Translations under genes and position numbers: made by a program
Shown here: piece after piece, positions 42,665-51,358 of the stretch
Layout: each line of letters opens with the position of its first letter
Position numbering within the stretch: position 1 is the stretch's first letter
The notes under the pieces: model-generated
Seen by the model: the letters and a program-made list of their open reading frames with translations, nothing else
What the model was told of the DNA's origin: nothing
The model's database searches: none
Source: an uncultured Eubacteriales bacterium
Lineage (GTDB): Bacteria; Bacillota; Sulfobacillia; UBA995; UBA9673
NCBI GenBank assembly: GCA_913063835.1
Contig: CAJXZV010000003.1
Location: 1-51,359 of the forward strand
Reading direction: 5' to 3'
Length of the DNA stretch: 51,359 bases

Positions 42665-42874
42665 TCAGGCCCCGAAGAGAAGCAGGGAGAGCCCGGTGCT
42701 CAGAATCGTATCCACGACCCAGATCATGGCCGCGACGATGGTCACCGAGATGACGACCACCCCGGTGTAGACGACGGTCTGTCTCCGGTCGGGCCAGACC
42801 ACCTTCCGCAGTTCCGTCCTCACTTCGCGCAGGTATCGCCCCACCCGCGCCGGCAGAGACCTGAGCCAGTGCAT
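42665..42874 (-). CDS. secE: Preprotein translocase SecE
   Basis: YLREVRTELRKVVWP followed by a single TM helix; lies between tRNA-Trp and nusG. Confidence 0.95.
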   Translation of the reverse strand: MHWLRSLPARVGRYLREVRTELRKVVWPDRRQTVVYTGVVVISVTIVAAMIWVVDTILSTGLSLLLFGA

Positions 42875-42899
42875 ACGCCAACCACGCCCCGAATTTTAA

Positions 42900-42976
42900 T
42901 GGCAGGCCCGGAGGGACTCGAACCCCCAACATGCGGTTTTGGAGACCGCCGCTCTACCCATTAGAGCTACGGGCCT
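42900..42976 (-). tRNA. tRNA-Trp (CCA)
   Basis: AGGCCCG acceptor stem, anticodon arm GCGGT-CTCCAAA-ACCGC, TTCGAGT T-loop, encoded CCA end. Confidence 0.96.
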
Positions 42977-43055
42977 ACCTCAAAACTTTACCTTGATTTG
43001 GTCTTGCTCCCCGGGGCCGGGCCTTCGTTCGTTTATCCGGCCCGCCCCTGCGTGT

Positions 43056-43205
43056 TCATCGGGTCTCCTTGTGGACGGTGTGCCGGCCGCACCACCGGCA
43101 GTACTTCTTGAGCTCGATCCGCTCAGGGTCGTTACGCTTGTTCTTCGTGGTGGTGTAGTTCCGCCTCTTGCACTCGGTGCAGGCAAGGGTGATGATCTCC
43201 CGCAC
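43056..43205 (-). CDS. rpmG: 50S ribosomal protein L33 (Zn-binding type)
   Basis: Absent from the ORF track. Manual translation: (M)[48 protein letters not shown]. Confidence 0.97.
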   Translation of the reverse strand: MREIITLACTECKRRNYTTTKNKRNDPERIELKKYCRWCGRHTVHKETR

Positions 43206-43265
43206 ACCCGCCACTCCCGTCCTCTGAAGCCCCGCCTGGCCCCGACAGGGCCGGTAGCGGTATCA

Positions 43266-43295
43266 AATCTACCACAGCGAGGCAAACGGTGTCAA
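43266..43295 (-). promoter_or_regulatory. sigmaA-type promoter of rpmG-tRNA-Trp-secE-nusG-rplKA
   Basis: TTGACA-N18-TAGATT with an extended -10 TG. Confidence 0.65.
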
Positions 43296-43309
43296 CAAAA
43301 CCGCGAGGG

Positions 43310-43339
43310 CGGGGAGCCCGCTCCGCGGCGGGCTCCCCG
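43310..43339 (-). terminator. Hairpin after the upstream tuf copy (probable terminator)
   Basis: 12-bp inverted repeat CGGGGAGCCCGC/GCGGGCTCCCCG; a TTTT follows about 10 nt later on the minus strand. Confidence 0.6.
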
Positions 43340-43394
43340 GCCGTCCGAAACCACCTGAATCGGTGCCGCCCTGTCGGCTTCGCCTGCCGTCCGC

Positions 43395-44597
43395 CTACTC
43401 GATGATGGACGTGACGACACCGGCGCCGACGGTCCGTCCGCCCTCACGGATGGCGAACCTGAGGCCTTCCTCGATGGCGATGGGGGTGATGAGCTCGACC
43501 TCCATGTTCACGTTGTCGCCCGGCATCACCATCTCCACGTCCTCCGGCAGCTTGATGGTCCCCGTCACGTCCGTCGTCCGGAAGTAGAACTGCGGGCGAT
43601 ACCCGTTGAAGAACGGCGAGTGACGCCCACCCTCTTCCTTGGTCAGAACGTAGACCTGCGCCTTGTACTTCGTGTGCGGCTTGATCGAGCCGGGCTTCGC
43701 CAGGACCTGCCCCCGCTCGACCTCGTCCTTGTCGATGCCGCGCAAAAGCACCCCGATGTTGTCCCCGGCTATCCCCTCGTCGAGGATCTTCCGGAACATC
43801 TCCACCCCGGTCGCCACCGTCTTGCGCGGCTTGTCCATCAGCCCGACGATCTCGACCTCGTCCCCGACCTTCACCCGGCCGCGCTCGACCCGGCCCGTCG
43901 CCACCGTCCCGCGACCCGTGATGCTGAACACGTCCTCCACAGGCATCAGGAACGGCTTCTCCGTGTCACGCTCCGGCGTCGGGATATACTCGTCGACCGC
44001 GTCCATGAGCTCGAGGACCGACTTGCACCACTCGCACTCCGGACGGCCGCACCCGCACTCCAGAGCCTTCAAGGCCGACCCCTTCACCACCGGGATCTCG
44101 TCGCCCGGGAACTCATACTTGCTCAGTAGCTCCCGTACCTCGAGCTCCACCAGCTCCAAAAGCTCCGGGTCGTCCACCATGTCCGTCTTGTTCATGTAGA
44201 CCACCATCGCCGGCACCCCGACCTGCCGCGCCAGGAGAATGTGCTCCCGCGTCTGCGGCATGGGCCCGTCCGCCGCCGACACCACCAGGATCGACCCGTC
44301 CATCTGCGCCGCCCCGGTGATCATGTTCTTCACGTAGTCCGCATGACCGGGACAGTCGACATGCGCGTAGTGCCGCTTCTCCGTCTCATACTCCACGTGC
44401 GCCGTGTTGATCGTGATACCCCGCTCACGCTCCTCAGGCGCCTTGTCGATCTCGTCGAACGGCACATACTCCGCCTGGTCCCTCTTCGACAAGACAAGCG
44501 TGATCGCCGACGTGAGCGTCGACTTCCCGTGGTCCACATGACCGATCGTCCCGATGTTCACGTGCGGCTTCGTGCGCTCGAACTTCTTCTTGGCCAT
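43395..44597 (-). CDS. tuf: Elongation factor Tu (second copy, after the tRNA cluster)
   Basis: Protein identical to that of 26643..27845. Confidence 0.99.
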   Translation of the reverse strand: MAKKKFERTKPHVNIGTIGHVDHGKSTLTSAITLVLSKRDQAEYVPFDEIDKAPEERERGITINTAHVEYETEKRHYAHVDCPGHADYVKNMITGAAQMDGSILVVSAADGPMPQTREHILLARQVGVPAMVVYMNKTDMVDDPELLELVELEVRELLSKYEFPGDEIPVVKGSALKALECGCGRPECEWCKSVLELMDAVDEYIPTPERDTEKPFLMPVEDVFSITGRGTVATGRVERGRVKVGDEVEIVGLMDKPRKTVATGVEMFRKILDEGIAGDNIGVLLRGIDKDEVERGQVLAKPGSIKPHTKYKAQVYVLTKEEGGRHSPFFNGYRPQFYFRTTDVTGTIKLPEDVEMVMPGDNVNMEVELITPIAIEEGLRFAIREGGRTVGAGVVTSIIE

Positions 44598-44773
44598 ACC
44601 GAGGGATGCCTCCTTTTGCTACCCTGTCCTAATTATGTCAGGGCTGCAGGGCCTCTATGCTTTTCGCGCCCCCCCGGAGTAATCCTTCCTCCCTGCCGGG
44701 TGCGGGCGCAGGCCCACGCCGCTGACGGACCTCCGGCCGGCGGGCCGGCCGTGCGGAGTCGCCGATAAAGAAG

Positions 44774-44848
44774 TGGAGCCACCGATGGGAATCGAACCCA
44801 TGACCACCCGCTTACCATGCGGGGGCTCTACCTCTGAGCTACGGTGGC
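44774..44848 (-). tRNA. tRNA-Thr (GGT)
   Basis: GCCACCG acceptor stem, anticodon arm CCCGC-ATGGTAA-GCGGG, TTCGATT T-loop, CCA end. Confidence 0.95.
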
Positions 44849-44900
44849 TCTGAATGCATTAAGACGGCACGGCCGTGATGGACGTGCCGTCCGCTTGTCT

Positions 44901-44977
44901 TGGTTGCGGGGGTGGGATTTGAACCCACGGCCTCCGGGTTATGAGCCCGACGAGCTACCTGACTGCTCCACCCCGCG
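44901..44977 (-). tRNA. Initiator tRNA-fMet (CAT)
   Basis: CGCGGGGTGGAGCAG start, C1:A72 mismatch, three G:C pairs flanking the CTCATAA loop, CCA end. Confidence 0.96.
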
Positions 44978-44985
44978 GTATGAGG

Positions 44986-45071
44986 TGGTGGAGAGGGCTG
45001 GATTTGAACCAGCGAAGGCGTCCGCCAGCAGATTTACAGTCTGCCCCCTTTGGCCACTTGGGTACCTCTCC
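44986..45071 (-). tRNA. tRNA-Tyr (GTA)
   Basis: GGAGAGG acceptor stem, GCAGA-CTGTAAA-TCTGC, long variable arm, CCA end. Confidence 0.96.
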
Positions 45072-45084
45072 ACTATTGGACAGC

Positions 45085-45160
45085 TGGAGCTGGCGATGGG
45101 ACTCGAACCCAAAACCTGCTGATTACAAGTCAGCCGCTCTGCCTGTTGAGCTACGCCAGC
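45085..45160 (-). tRNA. tRNA-Thr (TGT)
   Basis: GCTGGCG acceptor stem, GCTGA-CTTGTAA-TCAGC, TTCGAGT T-loop, CCA end. Confidence 0.96.
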
Positions 45161-45221
45161 ACTGGGCTGGTACCTCTTTTTCAAGGTTCGACCGGCCGCT
45201 CCCCGCGCCGGTCGCTCACAC

Positions 45222-45250
45222 ATTATACGCGGTTTGGTCATGGGGGTCAA
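45222..45250 (-). promoter_or_regulatory. sigmaA-type promoter of the tRNA-tuf operon
   Basis: TTGACC-N17-TATAAT. Confidence 0.85.
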
Positions 45251-45264
45251 GGAAGCGCATCGTG

Positions 45265-45972
45265 TCAGGCCAGAGCCTGGGACCGGTTCGTGCCGCCGCC
45301 CCTGACCGCGGAACGCCCGCCGGGCTCTCCGCGCCGTTCGAGATACTTCTCCAGCTTCCGCTTGACCCTCTGCAGGGCGTTGTCGATGGATTTGACATGC
45401 CTGTCCAGCTCATTGGCTATCTCCTGGTACGACTTGCCGTCGAGATAGGCCATCAGCACCCGCCACTCGAGGTCGCTCAGAATCTCGACCATCTTCTCCT
45501 CGATGTTCCCGAACTCTTCCCGGCTTATGATGAGTTCCTCCGGGTCGGTTATCTTGGTGCCGGAGATCACGTCAAGAAGAGTGCGGTCCGAATCCTCGTC
45601 GTATATGGGCTTGTTCAGCGACACGTACGAGTTGAGCGGGATGTGTTTCTGTCTCGTCGCCGTCTTGATGGCGGTTATAATCTGCCGCGTTATGCACAAC
45701 TCCGCGAAGGCGCGGAAAGATGACAGCTTGTCGCTCCTGAAGTCCCGGATGGCCTTGTAGAGACCTATCATGCCCTCCTGAATTATGTCCTCACGGTCGG
45801 CCCCGATGAGAAAATAAGACCTGGCCTTGGCTCTGACGAAGTTGCGGTACTTGTTGATGAGGTACTCTTGGGCCAGCCTGTCACCCTCACGCGCGGTCTC
45901 CACTACGTCTTCGTCCGGCATGCCTTCGAAGACACTGTAGTCTTCCCGCTGCGTATGAGAGCTAAAAGCCAC
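45265..45972 (-). CDS. sigH: RNA polymerase sigma factor SigH (Spo0H)
   Basis: YLINKYRNFVRAKARSYFLIGADREDIIQEGMIGLYKAIRDF...TATRQKHIPLNSYVSL...KSIDNALQRVKRKLE; GTG start at 45972 after GGAGG. Confidence 0.97.
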   Translation of the reverse strand: MAFSSHTQREDYSVFEGMPDEDVVETAREGDRLAQEYLINKYRNFVRAKARSYFLIGADREDIIQEGMIGLYKAIRDFRSDKLSSFRAFAELCITRQIITAIKTATRQKHIPLNSYVSLNKPIYDEDSDRTLLDVISGTKITDPEELIISREEFGNIEEKMVEILSDLEWRVLMAYLDGKSYQEIANELDRHVKSIDNALQRVKRKLEKYLERRGEPGGRSAVRGGGTNRSQALA

Positions 45973-46073
45973 AGACTTCGCCTCCAAGCCTTGTGCACGG
46001 AAAAAGGATTTGAGGTGGGAACCTGACCCGGCCTAGTCGAGCTGGCTGCGGCAGTCTGGCTGATTGTGTCACC

Positions 46074-46102
46074 ATTATAGAAACGCATGTTGGACAAGTC
46101 AA
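46074..46102 (-). promoter_or_regulatory. sigmaA-type promoter of sigH
   Basis: TTGACT-N17-TATAAT. Confidence 0.85.
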
Positions 46103-46130
46103 GACATGCCTGCCGGCCGGTGGGACATCT

Positions 46131-47552
46131 CTAGCGCCCGATGCGGGTGGGCTTGCGTGACGCCGGCGGCCGGTCCGTCTCGTCTCCCGCCGTCCGGCCG
46201 CCCTGGACCGGGCCGACAGGCGGGCCGGTGCGGATGTGGCCGGGAAGAGGCTCGTAGTGGTCGACGAACAGGAGCTCCCGCCGGACGAGGCGGCCAGCCT
46301 GGAAGACCTCGCGCCACAGGCGGACGTCACGGCCGTCGAAGGACGGCCGGACGACCTCCTGTGTCCCCGGGGGGAGGTCGGGGTCCGTTTCGACCACGGG
46401 CTCGGCCGGGACCAGGTTGGTCTCCTCGGTGCGGAGGACCACCGTCACCTCCACCGTGCGCCGCCCCCAGACGGAGACCTCCAGACGCGACCCGTGCACC
46501 CATGTGGTCAGGATGACCGGGAAGGCCCGGGGGTTCTTGATGACAAGGTCGAGGTCCGGATATGAGACGGTGGCGTCGCGTCCGAGGCCTATGTAGGGAA
46601 GCGGTCGGGAGTGGTGATGGCGGGTCACGACGTCGAGGTCGGCGAGCAGGGCGGCGTTGAAGACCGTCGTCGCCACTTGGCAGACACCGCCCCCCACCCC
46701 CTGGACGATATGCCTGTCGACGATCTCCGGCGCCTGTCGGTAACCGCGCTCCGGAGTGCGCGGGCCGACCGTCTCGTTGAACGACAGGGTGCCGCCCGGA
46801 GCGATCACCGCCCCGTCCAGACACGCCGCCGAGAGGATAATGTTCCAGGTCCGGCCCTTCTCACCGGGGTCGAAGGTCGTCGAGAAGGTCGCCAGGCGGT
46901 CCCTGTCCAGAGAGGCCAGAAGCGCCGGGTCCCCGGACGGCTCCAGGGGCACGGCGACCACGGGCACAAGGACCGGACCGGCCCCCTCGAAACGGGCGGC
47001 CGCCGCGAAGAGGGCTTCTTCCGTCGCCGCGCGGTCCAGACGCCGCCCGGGGCGACCCTCGCGAACCTCTCCCGTGCGTGGGTCGAGGGAGGCGTTGCCG
47101 GCCGGCACGTCGATGTCTGAGGCCAGGTCGTCAAGGACCATGACGACCCTGTCCGGGTCGGCCTTCACCACGGGGAGGACCCGGGCCCCTGACACCGATA
47201 TCCGCAGGAGGTCGAGGAGGCGTCGAGGCAGGTCACCGCGGCGGCCGGCGGCCAGGGCCGCAGCGGCCGTCTTCTCAAGGTCGTACCTGAGGCCGAGCCG
47301 CGCCGTGTCAACGGTCCACGACCTCCCGGCCTCGGCATCCTCGAACCGGACCTCGCCGTGCGGCCACAGCCCGTCCGGGCCGCACCCACGCTCCTCGGCC
47401 CACCGGTCGAGCGCCCGGGCGAGCCCCCGCTGGTCGAGACCGCCGACGGCGAGCGAGTCCACGCTGACGTTGGGGAAGACCCGGCCGGCGGCCTCAAGCC
47501 ACCCGAGATAGCCCGTGAGCAGGAGGACGAAGGAGGCCGAAAGGGCGGCCAT
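46131..47552 (-). CDS. VanW/YoaR-family protein (N-terminal TM, peptidoglycan-binding region, VanW domain, G5-like C-terminus)
   Basis: R..NI.L.A..LDG.VI.PG..SFNETVGPRT...GY...GVGGGVCQVATTVFNA...RHHHS..Y...GRDATV.Y..LDL...N is the VanW domain. Confidence 0.88.
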   Translation of the reverse strand: MAALSASFVLLLTGYLGWLEAAGRVFPNVSVDSLAVGGLDQRGLARALDRWAEERGCGPDGLWPHGEVRFEDAEAGRSWTVDTARLGLRYDLEKTAAAALAAGRRGDLPRRLLDLLRISVSGARVLPVVKADPDRVVMVLDDLASDIDVPAGNASLDPRTGEVREGRPGRRLDRAATEEALFAAAARFEGAGPVLVPVVAVPLEPSGDPALLASLDRDRLATFSTTFDPGEKGRTWNIILSAACLDGAVIAPGGTLSFNETVGPRTPERGYRQAPEIVDRHIVQGVGGGVCQVATTVFNAALLADLDVVTRHHHSRPLPYIGLGRDATVSYPDLDLVIKNPRAFPVILTTWVHGSRLEVSVWGRRTVEVTVVLRTEETNLVPAEPVVETDPDLPPGTQEVVRPSFDGRDVRLWREVFQAGRLVRRELLFVDHYEPLPGHIRTGPPVGPVQGGRTAGDETDRPPASRKPTRIGR

Positions 47553-47569
47553 AGCACGCGCGACACCTG

Positions 47570-48346
47570 TCAGCCGCGGGCCTCCTGGGGCGGGCCGTCG
47601 TCCCGGGCTCCGGCCGAACGCTGACGGACGGCCTCGAAGATGAGGACGGCCGCCGCGACGGAGACGTTCAGGGACTCTGCGGGGCCCCTCATCGGGATCC
47701 TCACCAGGAAATCGCATTTCTCCCTGACCAGGCGCCGGAGTCCCCGGTGCTCGCCGCCCAGGACGATCACCGCCGGAAGGGTGAAGTCGACCTCCGTGTA
47801 GAGCATGTCGGCGGCGGCGTCCGCGCCTATGGTCCACAGGCCCTTCTCCCTCAGTTCATCCATGGCCCTGGCCAGGTTGACCACTCTAGCCACCGGCAGG
47901 CGGTCAGCGGCTCCGGCGGCGGCCTTGACCGCGGCCGGGGTCAGCCCCACCGCGCGGCGGGTCGGGAGGACGAGGCCGTGAACTCCGGCCGCCGCCGCCG
48001 TCCTGATGACCGCGCCCAGGTTCCGGGGGTCTTCCACACCGTCCAGGGCGACGAGGAGAGCAGCCTCCCGCCGCTGTTCGGCCAGAGACAGAAGGTCACC
48101 GAGGTCCCGGTAGGCCATCGGCTCGGCCAGAGCCACCACACCTTGGTTGACCCTGTCGCCGCTCATGGCGTCGAGTCGGGCGCGCGGGACGTAGGTGACA
48201 GGTATGCCGGCGGCCCGCGCCATGTCGGCGACCTCGGCGGCCGAACCCCGGGCCCCGCTGACGATGAAGAGCCGGTGGATGCGGCGGCCGGCCCGGATGG
48301 CCTCGAGGACCGGATGCCTGCCCTCTATCTGCTCGAACCGACCCAT
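47570..48346 (-). CDS. rlmB: 23S rRNA (guanosine-2251-2'-O)-methyltransferase
   Basis: GRHPVLEAI, QGVVA, LDGVEDPRNLGAVIRTA, LGGEHRGL, IPMRG..ESLNVSVA (SpoU fold). Confidence 0.95.
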   Translation of the reverse strand: MGRFEQIEGRHPVLEAIRAGRRIHRLFIVSGARGSAAEVADMARAAGIPVTYVPRARLDAMSGDRVNQGVVALAEPMAYRDLGDLLSLAEQRREAALLVALDGVEDPRNLGAVIRTAAAAGVHGLVLPTRRAVGLTPAAVKAAAGAADRLPVARVVNLARAMDELREKGLWTIGADAAADMLYTEVDFTLPAVIVLGGEHRGLRRLVREKCDFLVRIPMRGPAESLNVSVAAAVLIFEAVRQRSAGARDDGPPQEARG

Positions 48347-48380
48347 GTCCTACAGAAACCACCCTTAGAAATAGCCCCGC

Positions 48381-49106
48381 TCACTCCAGCCTATCCCCGT
48401 CCGAGTGGCCCGGGTCCGGCCCGCGCCGGCCCCGACCGGCCGGGACACGGCGCAGATGCCGGTAGCGACCGCACGACAGGGCCCCCTCGGGACAGCGCCC
48501 TTCAGACTCACAAGGGGACCCGGCCCTTTCGAAGAGGGCCGGGGCGACCCTCTTCACCTCCCGAAGCATGTCGTAGGCGATCCGGCGAATCTCCCACTGG
48601 GCGCGCCGGCAGCAGCGCAGACGGAAGAAGTTGTGCAGGCTGCGCGCGTTGAACGTGGCGACGAGCCTGGTCGCCACACCCTGCCCGAGCACCATCCGCG
48701 CGTCCTCGGGCGGGGCCCCCTCGTCGAGAAGCCTGCGGTAGACACCGAAGGCCCGGGCCATCTCCGACCGGTAGATCTCGCGAAGGGCCGGGTCCTTCCT
48801 GAAGGCCGGGGGCAGTACGTAGCACGGCCGGTCGGGGGTCACATATCGAAGGGACTGGACGGAGTAGGAGGCGATGCGGTGGCGGGTGAGCTGGGCCAGC
48901 ATGGCCCGGGAACCCTCCACGTAGAACTGGAAGGAGGCGTGCTCGAAAGGTGACAGGTGGCCGGCTTCCCACAATCTGGCGACCAGGCGGCACACCTCGT
49001 CCTGAGCCATTCCCTCCGCCACCTGCGCCTCTCCGCCGGGCGAGTAGCAGAGGCGGGCGGCACGGGCCACGGTCAGGTCAGGCTCCGGTGTCCAGGTCAG
49101 GAGCAC
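48381..49106 (-). CDS. thyX: FAD-dependent thymidylate synthase (start may lie further upstream, up to 49172)
   Basis: AARLCYS, GHLSPFEHASF, QLTRHRIASYSVQSLRY (RHRx7S motif), EDAR.VL, NARSLHNFF.LR...AQWEIR. Confidence 0.96.
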   Translation of the reverse strand: MLLTWTPEPDLTVARAARLCYSPGGEAQVAEGMAQDEVCRLVARLWEAGHLSPFEHASFQFYVEGSRAMLAQLTRHRIASYSVQSLRYVTPDRPCYVLPPAFRKDPALREIYRSEMARAFGVYRRLLDEGAPPEDARMVLGQGVATRLVATFNARSLHNFFRLRCCRRAQWEIRRIAYDMLREVKRVAPALFERAGSPCESEGRCPEGALSCGRYRHLRRVPAGRGRRGPDPGHSDGDRLE

Positions 49107-49175
49107 GGCCCGTGGTCTAATCTCGACGGGGTCGGCCGGTCCCGGCTCGGCCCTCGGCGGTCCGTCCCCCAGCGC

Positions 49176-49568
49176 TCACCGCCTCCTTCTCACCACGGTT
49201 CCTTCCGGCGTGTCCTGGACCTCGTAGCCGAGGTCGGCGAGCGAATCACGGACGAAGTCGGCCAGTTCGAACCGTCTGTCCGCCCGCAGCCTGCGGCGGA
49301 CCTCGAGGAGAAGGTCGAGAAGCGGCCCGGCGTCGGCGGCTTCGCCCCTAGGGACAGGTCCTTCTTCCTCCACGACCCCGAGGACACCTGCCCCCAGCCT
49401 TATCATGGCCGAAAGAGCCCTTTCAAGGGCCTCCACCGGCTCGGCGTCCGGGCCCCTCGCCAGGGCCCTGTTCGAACTCCTGGCAAGGTCGAAGAGGGCG
49501 GCCAGGGCCCCGGCCGTGTTGAAGTCGTCGTCCATGGCGGCCTCGAAGCGGCGCACGGCGGCGGCGGC
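49176..49568 (-). CDS. cysS: Cysteinyl-tRNA synthetase, C-terminal fragment only (DALR and anticodon-binding domains)
   Basis: FEAAMDDDFNTAGALAALFDLAR...R...R....F..AD.VRD.L...G.EV.DTPEGT; no HIGH or KMSKS motif; expected position upstream of thyX-rlmB-sigH. Confidence 0.9.
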   Translation of the reverse strand, partial: AAAAVRRFEAAMDDDFNTAGALAALFDLARSSNRALARGPDAEPVEALERALSAMIRLGAGVLGVVEEEGPVPRGEAADAGPLLDLLLEVRRRLRADRRFELADFVRDSLADLGYEVQDTPEGTVVRRRR

Positions 49569-50048
49569 GCCCGCATCGTATTCGATCTGCGTGGCCTCCT
49601 GCTTGGGGAAGAGCGACTTGATCTCGGCCGGCGCCTCATTGGCGAGGCTGAGTTGGCGAACCAGCTTGTCGTGTTCGACGATGACCGTTTCGATGGCTAC
49701 GTTCATCTTCTGACGCAGCTCTTCGATCGGCTTCGGATCGCTCGGGTCGGACGTGGCGAGGATGAGGCGGTTCTCGCGACGCCCCAGCGGCAACAGGCGC
49801 AACTGGGCAAAGTGCTTGTTGGCCGACAGCACGGCCGGCACGGTGTCGAGCTTGTACTGCGCAAGATCCAGCAGCGGCATCTGGTACTTGCCCGCCACGA
49901 AGACCGCCAGATCATGCGCGCTCATGATGCCGCTGCCCACCAGCTCGTCGATCAGCTGCGTGCGTTTTTCACGCGCGCTCTGTTCGAGTTGGGTAAGTAG
50001 CGTCGGCGCGATCCGCCGGCTCTGCGCTAGAGCAAGTCCGAGTGTCAT
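49569..50048 (-). CDS. pilB: Type IV-A pilus assembly ATPase PilB, N-terminal (MshEN/T2SSE_N) fragment, Burkholderiaceae-like
   Basis: MTLGLALAQSRRI...LIDELV.SG.MSAHDLA.F.A.KYQ.PLLDL..Y...LLPLGRRENRLILA.SDPS...IVEHDKL resembles the Cupriavidus/Ralstonia PilB N-terminus as I recall it; the ATPase domain is missing. Confidence 0.75.
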
Positions 50049-50308
50049 GAGTCCAGTCCGTCAGGCTGAAGCTGACCATTTCAGCGCGCGCCGGGCCCCA
50101 CCGCCTCCTGCGCGCGCTCGCCCCCCAAGGCGATTGTTCTATGTTCTGCCGCCGGTACCCCACCCATTCGTGGGGGGTGAGGCCCGGAGTCGGGGCAGTT
50201 TGCCGACCGCTATGCAATTTGTAAAGCACGCTTAAAAGCGACACGTGCATTTGTGCCACATCGGCAGAAAACCGCGTGGACTGAAGTGCCAAGCTTCTAA
50301 GTGTGGAG

Positions 50309-51358
50309 TCAGCTGCGCTTCTCGGGGGCTTTCGGCCGATGCAGCCGCACCGTGCGGATCGATTGGCTGTCCATCTGCACGATATCCATCACGCACCCGG
50401 CAATGCGCACGCTCACCGTCGCTTCCGGAATCTCTTCCAGTACTTCCAGCACCAGCCCGTTCAGCGTCTTCGGCCCGTCGGTCGGCAGGTGCAGGTCCAG
50501 GCGCCGGTTCAGGTCGCGCAACGACATGCCCGCGTCGGCCAGATAGGCGCCATCCGCACCCCAGGCCAGCTTGCCGGCATGCGGCAGCGTGGTGGTGAAC
50601 TCGCCGATCATCTCTTCGATGATGTCTTCCAGCGTCACCAGCCCCAGCATGTCGCCGTATTCGTTGATCACCAGGCCGATGCGGCGGCGATTCTCCTGGA
50701 AATACTGTAGCTGGCGGAACACCGGCGTGCCGCTCGGCACGAAGTAGGGCTGGGCGAGCAGGCCGCGGAAGTCGTCGTGGGTTAGCTCCGGATGACCCAG
50801 CAGCGACAGCGCCTTGCGCACGTGCAGGATGCCGATCACCTGGTCGGTGTCGCGCTCGAACACCGGCAGCTTGTTGTGGTAACAGGTCTCCAGCTGGCCG
50901 ACGACCTCGTCGATCGGACGCGACAGGTCCAGCGATTCCACCTTGGCGCGCGGCGTCATCACGTCGTCCACCGTAATGGCTTCCAGGTCGAACAGGTTCA
51001 GCAGGATGCTGCGGTGCTTGTGCGGGATGAAGTTGCCCGATTCCAGCACCAGCGTGCGCAGTTCCTCGGTCGACATGCGCTGCTCCGGCGCCTTGCGCGT
51101 GTTGATGCGCACCAATCTGAGCACACCCATGGCAAACGCGTTGACTACCGCCACCAGCGGCGTCGAAATCTGCAGCAGCGGCTTGATGATGAAGCTGGCG
51201 GGAAACGCAACGCGTTCGGGATAGGTCGCGCCCACGATCTTCGGGGCGATCTCGGCGAACACGATGATGAGAAACGCCACGATGGCCGTGGCGATCGACA
51301 GCGTCGTTCCGTTGTTGCCAAAGTAGTGGATCGCCAGGGTGGTGATCAGCACCGGCAC
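50309..51358 (-). CDS. HlyC/CorC family (CNNM/DUF21-CBS-CorC_HlyC) transporter, 5' end beyond the window
   Basis: FAEIAPK, EELRTLV, ITVDDVMTPR, CBS pair, NEYGD..GLVTLEDIIEE.IGEF, PKTLNGLVLE.LEEIP; betaproteobacterial YfjD-like. Confidence 0.92.
   Translation of the reverse strand: MPVLITTLAIHYFGNNGTTLSIATAIVAFLIIVFAEIAPKIVGATYPERVAFPASFIIKPLLQISTPLVAVVNAFAMGVLRLVRINTRKAPEQRMSTEELRTLVLESGNFIPHKHRSILLNLFDLEAITVDDVMTPRAKVESLDLSRPIDEVVGQLETCYHNKLPVFERDTDQVIGILHVRKALSLLGHPELTHDDFRGLLAQPYFVPSGTPVFRQLQYFQENRRRIGLVINEYGDMLGLVTLEDIIEEMIGEFTTTLPHAGKLAWGADGAYLADAGMSLRDLNRRLDLHLPTDGPKTLNGLVLEVLEEIPEATVSVRIAGCVMDIVQMDSQSIRTVRLHRPKAPEKRS

Noticed and set aside
44774-45160. tRNA cluster as an integration site for a mobile element
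   Set aside because: No duplicated tRNA 3' end, integrase or foreign DNA is adjacent; Thr-Tyr-Met-Thr before tuf is an ordinary arrangement.
49176-50048. Novel PilB/MshEN-CysRS hybrid protein as a real biological system
   Set aside because: Both halves are truncated, the taxonomic signal switches at a GCC microrepeat, and the essential cysS would be destroyed. It is treated as a probable artefact pending read evidence.
50240-50295. TGGCAC motifs upstream of pilB as a sigma54 promoter
   Set aside because: Neither copy has the -12 TTGC at the required spacing.
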